Positions 23,831 through 31,996 of a stretch of DNA of 40,859 nucleotides are shown here, one piece after another (within the stretch, counting starts at the first letter, position 1; each line of letters starts with the position of its first letter). The translations under genes and the position numbers were made by a program. The DNA comes from a virus: the IMG/VR virus record IMGVR_UViG_3300010034_000001, positions 1-40,859 of that record; one strand, given 5' to 3'. A model generated the notes under the pieces. The model had not been told where the DNA came from, made no database searches, and saw only the letters and a program-made list of their open reading frames with translations.

Positions 23831-24406
23831 ATGGCTAAATCACTTCAATATTGGTCTGCCAAATGGCGTGAATCACCACAAAAAACAAATCAATGGAAAG
23901 CACTAGATTTGTTAGCAGCGTATGTTGGGTATAACGCAATACACATTAATCTGTTTGGCATCCAGTTAAAATTTTACGGTTGGTTTATAAGATTTATAAA
24001 AGGTATATGGAGACATAACCATATTAATGAAGTATGGTCAGTCATTAAAGACTTTTATATTACCAATAAATATCTTTTTTTACAAAATCATTACGTTATT
24101 GAATTTGTTTTAGCGATGATTAAGCAGAAAATAGGCAATAAATACTTAAATCCTTTTGGTGATTTGTATCAAATTATGCGTGTTATAGACCAAGAAGCCA
24201 ATATTTGCTATGAACTCATTGATGCCGAAAAAACGCTTCAAAAGTATCAAAACGTTATGACGCCGCGTTCTAATACGTTAGAAAGAAAAAATTCTATTAT
24301 TGCTGTTAGAATAACGCCTGAGCAAAGTAAATATTATAAACAAACCGGTTTTTTTGTTGAAGAAGCGGAAAAATTAGGTTTAATGAAAAGGTTTGACCAT
24401 TATTAA
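23831..24406 (+). CDS. Hypothetical protein (191 aa) with one hydrophobic segment; moron-like cargo
   Basis: The gene has its own promoter, a G7 SD-like tract and a downstream hairpin. The hydrophobic stretch is ALDLLAAYVGYNAIHINLFGI. Confidence 0.6.
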   Translation: MAKSLQYWSAKWRESPQKTNQWKALDLLAAYVGYNAIHINLFGIQLKFYGWFIRFIKGIWRHNHINEVWSVIKDFYITNKYLFLQNHYVIEFVLAMIKQKIGNKYLNPFGDLYQIMRVIDQEANICYELIDAEKTLQKYQNVMTPRSNTLERKNSIIAVRITPEQSKYYKQTGFFVEEAEKLGLMKRFDHY

Positions 24407-24426
24407 AACTAACTATATACTGAGAT

Positions 24427-24496
24427 AGGTTCTATACACAGATTAAAACTATTGGCTAGTTTGTACAAATCCACCGTGTATAGAACCTTGATTTTC
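24427..24496. terminator. 13-bp inverted repeat hairpin with a T-rich tail; probable terminator shared by convergent genes
   Basis: AGGTTCTATACAC (24427-39) pairs with GTGTATAGAACCT (24476-88). The loop is 36 nt and contains the palindrome TTTGTACAAA. The hairpin is followed by TGATTTTCTC. Confidence 0.45.
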
Positions 24497-24607
24497 TCTC
24501 ATTTCTTTTGCGTGATATTCTTCATAATACTTATGTGCTTGTTCATGAAATACGTAAAACAATAGCATAGTCATTACCACAATCATTAGCATAAAAGATT
24601 TATTCAT
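24449..24607 (-). CDS. Small membrane protein (52 aa) on the opposite strand, below the track cutoff
   Basis: Manual translation gives MNKSFMLMIVVMTMLLFYVFHEQAHKYYEEYHAKEMRENQGSIHGGFVQTSQ*. GGAG lies 7 nt upstream, and its own promoter lies at 24657-24630. Confidence 0.5.
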   Translation of the reverse strand: MNKSFMLMIVVMTMLLFYVFHEQAHKYYEEYHAKEMRENQGSIHGGFVQTSQ

Positions 24608-24629
24608 TACCGTCTCCGCTATATAAAAT

Positions 24630-24668
24630 ATTGTATTTGTTGACTTTAAGTAATCAAAATGATAACTT
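24630..24668. promoter_or_regulatory. Interlocked divergent promoters
   Basis: Plus strand: TTGACT (24640-45), 17-nt spacer, TAACTT (24663-68). Minus strand: TTGATT (24657-52), 16-nt spacer, TACAAT (24635-30). Each -35 box lies inside the spacer of the other promoter. Confidence 0.5.
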
Positions 24669-24818
24669 ATTTAGCGTTGGATACCAAATAGATTATTATT
24701 TGCCCATTTCCGGCAACGGCGACCGGCTGACGTAATCAGCAAGTAACGCCCATCCTTGAATGATGGATACCGTGTACGAAGGAAAACACAGTAAGTCATT
24801 CATTCAAGGAGGAAGGCA
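24669..24818 (+). promoter_or_regulatory. Structured 5' leader of the capsid gene with an anti-SD pairing
   Basis: TCCTTGAATGA (24753-63) is complementary to TCATTCAAGGA (24800-10), which covers the SD AAGGAGG. A competing local hairpin CCATC/GATGG lies at 24750-66. A further hairpin GTGT-ACGAAGGAAA-ACAC lies at 24772-89. Confidence 0.5.
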
Positions 24819-25718
24819 ATGGCCGTTCAATCTATTGATAATGTATTGGTACGTCAGTTCCAAGACAGTCTTCATATTGAAGCACAACAAATGATGGCTA
24901 AAACAATGCCATTTGTTATGTTTAAAACCATGGAAGGCGATGATTTAGCCTATGATGGTTTTGGTAAAGTTCGTTCACAACAAGTTCAATCCCGTAATCA
25001 AAAAATTGAGTTCTCTGATGCAGAGTTTACCCGTCGTAAACTAGCCCGTGAGCGTCATATTGTCGCAGTCCCGATCGATGCATCCGATGTCAGAGGTATG
25101 TTACTCGACCCAACAGGTCCTATTACCAAAGCGTGTATGGCAGAGCTTAATCGTGTTAAAGACAGGATTGTGGTACGTGAGGCACTCGCTGATGTGCTAA
25201 CAGGCCGCAATTTTGGCACGACAGTGACTTTTGCCAGTGATGGGGGTGCAACTGTTGATGCGACCGCGGGTTTTACTTATGAAAAATTACTTGAGATTAG
25301 ACGTAATTTTAAAAAGCGTAATATTGATATTTCGCAAATTGCACTTTTAATTACGGATCAAGAAGAAGAAGCTTTGTTTAGAGAAACAGAACTAACCAGT
25401 GGTGACTTCACCCGTATTATGCCAATTGACAGAGGCGATATGATGCAAGCACTTGGCATGCAGCTTGTTACATTTGGTTCTGACCCACTTGAAGACGACC
25501 CTATTTTAAATGTGGTCAGTACAACCAGAGATAACATCGCAATTGCAATGACGCCGGAACGCAGTGGTATTTGCATGGGTATGAGCAAAGACATCACTGT
25601 TCGTATACAAGAAAGAACTGATTTAATTGAAACAACACAAGTCGTTGTGACGATGGAAGTCGGTGCTGTACGAACAGAAGGTGTATTGGTTCAGCGTGTT
25701 CAAACAACCACTACTTAA
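24819..25718 (+). CDS. Major capsid protein
   Basis: It has the strongest SD in the window (CAAGGAGGAAGGCA). The call also rests on its position after the scaffold, its 299-aa size, and the terminator after the following gene. No rigorous family assignment is possible by eye. Confidence 0.7.
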   Translation: MAVQSIDNVLVRQFQDSLHIEAQQMMAKTMPFVMFKTMEGDDLAYDGFGKVRSQQVQSRNQKIEFSDAEFTRRKLARERHIVAVPIDASDVRGMLLDPTGPITKACMAELNRVKDRIVVREALADVLTGRNFGTTVTFASDGGATVDATAGFTYEKLLEIRRNFKKRNIDISQIALLITDQEEEALFRETELTSGDFTRIMPIDRGDMMQALGMQLVTFGSDPLEDDPILNVVSTTRDNIAIAMTPERSGICMGMSKDITVRIQERTDLIETTQVVVTMEVGAVRTEGVLVQRVQTTTT

Positions 25719-25730
25719 TAGGAGAAAATC

Positions 25731-26234
25731 ATGGCTGTTGAAAATAAGTACGTTAATAGTGATGTTGCTGTTGATAAAAAAGCAATTCCAGCGTTTCAAA
25801 ATGGTGGTGAAGTTGTTGAAGTTGTATCAATAGTGACAGTTGCCGCTGCTGATGACGATGCTTCTGTTTATCGTGTAGCACGTGTTAATGCCAAAATGGT
25901 GCCAGTTGAAATTAGGATAACCAATACGGCAGTTACTGGTGGTACTGATTATGAACTTGGTATTTACAACACACTGGATGGTCCACTTGCAGGTGCTGTA
26001 AAAGACTTAGATGCGTTGTTAGGGACTACAACGATGGCATCTGCGCGTGCTGAAGGCAGTGGTATTTCTGGTCTTTCTGCAGTTTCACAAGCAAACTCAC
26101 AACAACGTTTGTTTGAATTGGCAGGTGATACAGAATCCGATCATCCCAGTGAGTATGACATTGCACTGACTGCAAATACTGTGGGTACTGCTGCGGGAAC
26201 CATCGTTGTGAAAGCGCGTTTCGTACAAGGGTAA
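25731..26234 (+). CDS. Capsid-associated protein (possible decoration or cement protein)
   Basis: 167 aa, RBS TAGGAGAAAATC, co-transcribed with the capsid gene upstream of the terminator. The call is by position only. Confidence 0.4.
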   Translation: MAVENKYVNSDVAVDKKAIPAFQNGGEVVEVVSIVTVAAADDDASVYRVARVNAKMVPVEIRITNTAVTGGTDYELGIYNTLDGPLAGAVKDLDALLGTTTMASARAEGSGISGLSAVSQANSQQRLFELAGDTESDHPSEYDIALTANTVGTAAGTIVVKARFVQG

Positions 26235-26256
26235 TATCCGTCCTCCCAGTCGGATA

Positions 26257-26285
26257 GGGGTAGGTGTATGCCTACCCCAATTTTT
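26257..26285 (+). terminator. Rho-independent terminator after the capsid genes
   Basis: GGGGTAGG-TGTATG-CCTACCCC (8-bp GC-rich stem) followed by AATTTTT. Confidence 0.75.
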
Positions 26286-26299
26286 AAGGAGATCCAAGG

Positions 26300-26947
26300 A
26301 TGGGCGCTCCACAATCTAAGGCGGCAATTTGTAATTTAGCACTCGATTATTTATTACAAACCAATGAAGAAGTTGTAACAAATATTGACAGCCCCAATAC
26401 AGCTACTGAGGTGATTTGTGCTAGGTGGTACGATACAACCAGACGTTCAGTCTTGCGTAAACATCCATGGAATTTTGCACTTAAACGGGTTGTTTTAACA
26501 ACTGCATCCAATACGCCAGTTTTTGGGTTTTCACTAGCCTATAACTTGCCGGTTGATTTTATACGCCTTGCAACCCTTCAAGATCCCAATTCATTCGATC
26601 CATTTTTTGAACTTAATTATCAATTTGAAAACAATCAGATACTAACTAACGGTGATGCGGGTGCAACGCTTAATCTGCGTTATGTCTTTGATTTTACCAA
26701 TGTCGTTGGTATGGATCCAATTTTTATTGATTTATTGGCTATCGAACTTGCCCTTCGCATGGCTTATAAATTCACAAGCAGCAACACCAATGTAGAACGC
26801 TTACAGGCACTACGTGTCGATAGATTAAGTGAAGCCGCTGCAATTGATGGGCAAGAAAGACCACCACTTAGAATAGAGCGAAGTCGGGCACTGACCAATC
26901 GAAGACTGTTGGGTAGTAATCAAAGAACTAGTCTGAGATTTGAATAA
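26300..26947 (+). CDS. Head-tail adaptor / tail tubular protein A-like (T7 gp11 position)
   Basis: 215 aa, immediately before the 841-aa nozzle-like protein. The N-terminal AICNLALDYL...RWYD..RR.VLRKHPWNFA motif is one I associate with podovirus adaptor proteins. Confidence 0.55.
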   Translation: MGAPQSKAAICNLALDYLLQTNEEVVTNIDSPNTATEVICARWYDTTRRSVLRKHPWNFALKRVVLTTASNTPVFGFSLAYNLPVDFIRLATLQDPNSFDPFFELNYQFENNQILTNGDAGATLNLRYVFDFTNVVGMDPIFIDLLAIELALRMAYKFTSSNTNVERLQALRVDRLSEAAAIDGQERPPLRIERSRALTNRRLLGSNQRTSLRFE

Positions 26948-29472
26948 TGGTTAATGCAAGTACTGCTCAAGTCTCATTTACCCAAGGTGAGCTTTCCAAA
27001 AATATGCGCGGTCGTTTTGATGTACCGCAGTATTTTGCAGGCGCTGAGCGCATCGAAAACTTTATTACACAAACACAAGGGCCTGCCAAATATAGAACAG
27101 GGTTTAGGTTTGTTAAACAAACTAAAAACAATGCACCTGGGGTTTTGCTTCGATTTGAATTTAACGATGAGCAGGCTTATGGTTTAGAGTTTACAGCACT
27201 GAAACTACGCTTTTATGTTAATGAAGGCATTTTAATTGAAGCGACACAAAATATTACAAATGTCACACAAGCAAACCCTGCAGTTGTAACCATAAACTCA
27301 CATGGCTACGCTAATGGTGATGAAGTCATTATTAATGATGTTGTTGGTATGACTGAACTTAATGGTGAGACATTTACAGTTGCAAATGTCACAGCAAATA
27401 CATTTGAATTATCAGGTATTGATAGCACGGGATTTGCTGCTTATACATCCGGTGGGACAGCAGCAAAAATTGTTGAAGTGGATACACCTTATACTGCAGC
27501 ACAAATTGATGAATTACAAACCGCGCAAAATCAAGACACCTTATACATTGCCAACAGTAACCATGAACCTAGACTTTTAACAAGGACAACGGCAACGAGT
27601 TTTACGTTAACAGAGCACGTATTTGATGATCCGCCGTTTGATGCTGAAAACACGACATCAACAACAATAACACCCAGTGCGACAACCGGTAGTGGTATTA
27701 CATTAACTGCCAGTGCCGCAACGTTTGTATCAACGGATGTGGGGCGTTATGTACGTGTTGATGAGGGTAGTGATTTTGGCTATGCGCGGATCACTGCGTT
27801 TACGTCCACTACGGTAGTTACAGCTGACGTTGAAGATGATTTTGTAAGTAACACAGCACAAAGTACTTGGCGCTTAGGCTCATTTTCAGATACGACTGGT
27901 TTCCCACGGGCAGTTACATTTTACGAGCAACGTCTTATTTATGGCGGTACAACCAGTAGACCGCAAACTCTGTTTTTTAGCGAAGCAGGCAATTTCAATA
28001 ATTACAATACTGGCACAGAGGCAAGTGATGCGCTTCAATATACCATTGGTTCGCGCGACGTTAACTTAATTCGTTTCTTAGTGGGTATGCAAGACCAGTT
28101 ACTCATTGGTACATTTGGCAGTAACTTTATAGCTAAATCCGGTCAAAATAACGAACCCATAACACCGACTGACATATCAGTTCGACCTGCAGATGGTATT
28201 GGCAGTGAAAATCAAATACCCATTTTGCATAACAATGAAGTCATTTTTACTGAAAGAGGCCAAAGAACATTAAGATCGTTTCGTTTCTCAGTTCTCAAAG
28301 ATTCATTTGAATCAGATGATTTAAACTTATTTTCACAAGACATAACCATTGGTAATGTTAAACAAATTGCTTTTCAAACCGGCAGACCTGAGATTGTATG
28401 GTGTGTTAAAAATGATGGTGAATTGATTGGTTTGACCTATAAACCAGAGCAAGAAGTCAGAGGCTGGCATCGTCACAATACGCGCACGGGCGATGAATTT
28501 ATATCAATTACAACACTGCCTCGCTCAGGTAATTTTGACCAACTTTGGGCAATTGTAAAACGAACTGTTAATGGCTCAACGAATTACTATGTCGAGTTTC
28601 AAGAAGATTTTGTTGACCATAGCGAGCTGCTAGACTTCTTTACCAGTATTCCTGAGCGTAATACGAATGTCACCAATTTTACCAATAAGATTTTAGAAGA
28701 ACAAAAAGAGTATATGTATCTTGATAGCATTTTAACGTTTGATGGTAGCCTATTAGGACTTAATGCAAGTGCAACACTGACACCCAGTGCCACAACCGGT
28801 AATGATATTGTATTTACGGCAAGTAGCGCTGTGTTTTCATCAACTGATGTCGGACGGCAACTGTGGAATAAATCGGTGACAGGGGTTGAGACAGGGCGTG
28901 CGCAAATTATAACTTTTACAAGTTCGACAGTCGTCCGATGTAATATTCTAGTGGATTTTAATACGACCTCTGCTATTGCTGCAGGTAACTGGTATTTAAC
29001 CGCTAATACAGTCACAGGCATTGATCATTTAAATGGAGAGACCGTACAGATCATAACTGATGGATCAGTCCATCCTAACAAGACAGTCACCAGTGATGCA
29101 ATCACATTGGATTATCAATCAAGCGTTGTCCATGTGGGGCTTTCTTATACAGGTATTATAAAAACGATGAATTTAGAAGTAGGGGGCGTTGCAGGACCTT
29201 CACAAAACAAATACAAAAATATCTATAGAGCAGGTGTTAAATTTATTGACACTTTAAGTGGAAGATTTGGTAGTAGCGTTTACAATACGGAAGGCTTTTT
29301 ATTTAGAAATACAAATAGTTTACTAAATAATCCACCATTACTTTTTACCGGCACAAAAGATATTGCCTTTAACGATTCATGGCAAAATGAAAAAAATGCA
29401 ATTGTTGTGCAAGATTTACCACTACCTTGTAACGTTGAACAGATTGTAACTTTTGCAAACACGGCGAATTAA
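26947..29472 (+). CDS. Tail tubular protein B / nozzle-like protein (T7 gp12 position)
   Basis: 841 aa, with an ATGA-type overlap with the adaptor gene. It contains a roughly 70-aa insertion domain (VVTINSHGYANGDEVIINDVVGMTELNGETFTVANVT.NTFEL) and an internal roughly 65-aa duplication. Confidence 0.6.
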   Translation: MVNASTAQVSFTQGELSKNMRGRFDVPQYFAGAERIENFITQTQGPAKYRTGFRFVKQTKNNAPGVLLRFEFNDEQAYGLEFTALKLRFYVNEGILIEATQNITNVTQANPAVVTINSHGYANGDEVIINDVVGMTELNGETFTVANVTANTFELSGIDSTGFAAYTSGGTAAKIVEVDTPYTAAQIDELQTAQNQDTLYIANSNHEPRLLTRTTATSFTLTEHVFDDPPFDAENTTSTTITPSATTGSGITLTASAATFVSTDVGRYVRVDEGSDFGYARITAFTSTTVVTADVEDDFVSNTAQSTWRLGSFSDTTGFPRAVTFYEQRLIYGGTTSRPQTLFFSEAGNFNNYNTGTEASDALQYTIGSRDVNLIRFLVGMQDQLLIGTFGSNFIAKSGQNNEPITPTDISVRPADGIGSENQIPILHNNEVIFTERGQRTLRSFRFSVLKDSFESDDLNLFSQDITIGNVKQIAFQTGRPEIVWCVKNDGELIGLTYKPEQEVRGWHRHNTRTGDEFISITTLPRSGNFDQLWAIVKRTVNGSTNYYVEFQEDFVDHSELLDFFTSIPERNTNVTNFTNKILEEQKEYMYLDSILTFDGSLLGLNASATLTPSATTGNDIVFTASSAVFSSTDVGRQLWNKSVTGVETGRAQIITFTSSTVVRCNILVDFNTTSAIAAGNWYLTANTVTGIDHLNGETVQIITDGSVHPNKTVTSDAITLDYQSSVVHVGLSYTGIIKTMNLEVGGVAGPSQNKYKNIYRAGVKFIDTLSGRFGSSVYNTEGFLFRNTNSLLNNPPLLFTGTKDIAFNDSWQNEKNAIVVQDLPLPCNVEQIVTFANTAN

Positions 29473-29473
29473 T

Positions 29474-29875
29474 ATGGACATTGTATTCTTTAAACCCGAA
29501 CATTTTGATATTGCAGACATCTCTGGTTTTGATATTGGCGATTTTACCAAAGAAGAAAACAGGGAGTTTTTAGCCAAGCACATTGCTGGCACTTTTATAA
29601 GTGATGGTAGAATTATTGCGTTTGCAGGCGTTGTTGTTAATGTTTGTGACGAAATAGGCCATGCATGGCTCGTTCCAACCATATACCTAAAAGACAATTA
29701 TAAAGAATTTATTGTTGAAATGAAAAGCTATGTTGAAGCCATTAAAGATACTTTTGATTTAAAACAATTGATCACAAACGCACATGATAATGAGCAAATT
29801 ATTCGCTGGTTAACTTGGCTTGGTTTTAAAAAAGATTTAAAATCAAATGATAACATCTATGTAAAGGATTTATGA
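29474..29875 (+). CDS. Small protein (133 aa), possibly a GNAT-like fold; T7 gp13 position
   Basis: ATG lies 1 nt after the upstream stop. The fold suggestion is weak. Confidence 0.45.
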   Translation: MDIVFFKPEHFDIADISGFDIGDFTKEENREFLAKHIAGTFISDGRIIAFAGVVVNVCDEIGHAWLVPTIYLKDNYKEFIVEMKSYVEAIKDTFDLKQLITNAHDNEQIIRWLTWLGFKKDLKSNDNIYVKDL

Positions 29876-29876
29876 G

Positions 29877-30311
29877 ATGGGAGTGGCAACAGCACTGACT
29901 GCAGCAATATCAGCAGGCTCAAGTATTATTGGTGGTATTCAAGCAAGACGTGAGGCAGGAGTACAAGCTGATATTGCCAACAGAGCTGCACGTCAGGCAG
30001 AAATCGAAGCAGGAGAGCGTGCACAAGCAGCTGAGCGGGAAACTAGAAAGCTGCGTTCAAAGCAATTAGTAGGGTTTTTAAAAAGTGGAGTTGCACTTGA
30101 AGGTACAGCCCTTGATGTATTAGAAGAAACAGAACTTTTAGGCCGTCAAGATATTGAAGCTATCCAAAGGCAAGGCCAAGCACAAGCTTTTCAATTTAGA
30201 AGCCAAGCACAAGCAGCACAATTAACTGGGCGTGAGCGTTTACTAGGAGGGGTAGGTACAGGAGCGAGTAGTGCATTTCGTGCGTTTCAACGTGATCAGG
30301 AATTATTTTAA
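29877..30311 (+). CDS. Internal virion protein (gp14-like position)
   Basis: The N-terminus is hydrophobic and glycine-rich (ATALTAAISAGSSIIGGI), followed by a Q/A/R-rich helical region. Confidence 0.5.
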   Translation: MGVATALTAAISAGSSIIGGIQARREAGVQADIANRAARQAEIEAGERAQAAERETRKLRSKQLVGFLKSGVALEGTALDVLEETELLGRQDIEAIQRQGQAQAFQFRSQAQAAQLTGRERLLGGVGTGASSAFRAFQRDQELF

Positions 30312-31996
30312 TGGCAAGAATACCTGAGGCACAAAGACGCACGTTTGCAAGTGGCATTATTCGTCCTGATTTGCAAGCAATTGGCAGGGCTCAAGCGCCC
30401 TTCCAACAAACTGCAAGAACAGCGGATGCAATTGGCAATATCCTTGCACAAAAACGTGAACAGCAACTCGTTGCAGAAAGTGCAGAGTTCAACAGTCGTC
30501 TTAATATTCAAATGGCTGAGCAATTTAACAGTGCAACAAGAAGTCAAAGATTACAGCAAAATCCAACGCTTGCAAGAGGTGAAGTCAATCGTATCATTAA
30601 TGATTTAAAACAATCGCCTGAATTTACCCAAAAGCCACAACTGGTACAAGCAGCCGCTAATAGAAGCTTAAGTCGACTGCGTGAAAGCTTTATCAATAAA
30701 GCCATTAACTTTGAAAACCGCCAAACCTTTCAAAATGTGGCAATTGCACTTGATAAAACCCAATCGAATTTTGAAGTGCAAGCACTCGATACTGACACAA
30801 ACATTAATGATTTACTTAGACGCTACACAGCGACTGTGACCGCAAGCACTAAGTCAGGGGCCTTGACACTGAATCAAGCAGAAAGACAGGTCACAGAAGG
30901 TGCTAAATCGATAGTGCTTAATCGTGCACAACGCTTGATTAATGAAAACGATTTAGAAGGTGCAAAAGCATTTATTGCAGATGACTCCATTAAAGAACAT
31001 TTAGGCGCTGATGGTTTACAGCGTGTAACAGATACCATTGAAAGAAAAGAGCGCTTAGCTGCCAATCAAGTAGCAAAGCTTAATAGTCTGCGGCGCACTA
31101 ATCCTTGGAAGTTTATTGCAAACGTTGATAGTGAAGAAATACCACCCATTGATATTTCAAGTCCTGAGACATTGGCAACACGTATTGATGACAGAATTGC
31201 TTTTGTGGGTCGCAAAAACCAGGAATTTGGGATTAATCTACCTGTTTTAACTGAATTAGAAGAAACTCAGTTTGTCGATATAACCAACAGACTGGGTAGT
31301 GAACAAGGCGCCAATCTTCTAAATCAAATAACAGCGGATTTACCCGACAACCAGCAAGATTTAATAGCCGCACAACTCTTTGAAAAAGATAATTCACTGG
31401 GTGTGGCTGTTGCTGTGGCTGATGAAGATGTGGCGTTGGCCGAATCGCTTTTAAATGGCAGGCGTGTGCTTGATAAAAAGTTAGTTGATATGCCAGCCAG
31501 TGATAGGTTTGTGCGTACTGTAAATTCAGTCATTGGCGAGGCAATTCAAATTCCATCGCTTAGACAAGCAGCGCTTAAAGCAACTGAAACCCTTTATGCA
31601 GATAATATTTTTAAAAATAATATAAATAGAATTGGCGTTAGTAGAAATATAGTTAACGATTCTATTCAAAGATTATTTGGGCCTGTTATTGAAATAAACG
31701 GTGGCGAAGTCTTTGGCTTTCGAAAAGCAGACGGTCAATTTATCGATGATGATGATTTTGAGGATTTTTTTGAAGATTTAACTGAAGCACAATTGGTTAA
31801 TGGGTTAGGCGATGTTCCACGTGTTGCTGATGGTAGGCCCCTTGATTTGGTAGATATTAAAGATGATGCTGTTTTAATTATGATAGGCAATGGTCAATAT
31901 GCCATACAACTTTTTGATGAATTTGCCGTTAACCAAGATGGCAGTGTTTATAATTTAAACATGAAAAAGCTTTTTGATGAATCAAGGATGAATTGA
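30311..31996 (+). CDS. Internal virion / ejection protein (561 aa)
   Basis: Large ORF overlapping its neighbours by 1-4 nt in the core-protein block. Confidence 0.5.
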   Translation: MARIPEAQRRTFASGIIRPDLQAIGRAQAPFQQTARTADAIGNILAQKREQQLVAESAEFNSRLNIQMAEQFNSATRSQRLQQNPTLARGEVNRIINDLKQSPEFTQKPQLVQAAANRSLSRLRESFINKAINFENRQTFQNVAIALDKTQSNFEVQALDTDTNINDLLRRYTATVTASTKSGALTLNQAERQVTEGAKSIVLNRAQRLINENDLEGAKAFIADDSIKEHLGADGLQRVTDTIERKERLAANQVAKLNSLRRTNPWKFIANVDSEEIPPIDISSPETLATRIDDRIAFVGRKNQEFGINLPVLTELEETQFVDITNRLGSEQGANLLNQITADLPDNQQDLIAAQLFEKDNSLGVAVAVADEDVALAESLLNGRRVLDKKLVDMPASDRFVRTVNSVIGEAIQIPSLRQAALKATETLYADNIFKNNINRIGVSRNIVNDSIQRLFGPVIEINGGEVFGFRKADGQFIDDDDFEDFFEDLTEAQLVNGLGDVPRVADGRPLDLVDIKDDAVLIMIGNGQYAIQLFDEFAVNQDGSVYNLNMKKLFDESRMN

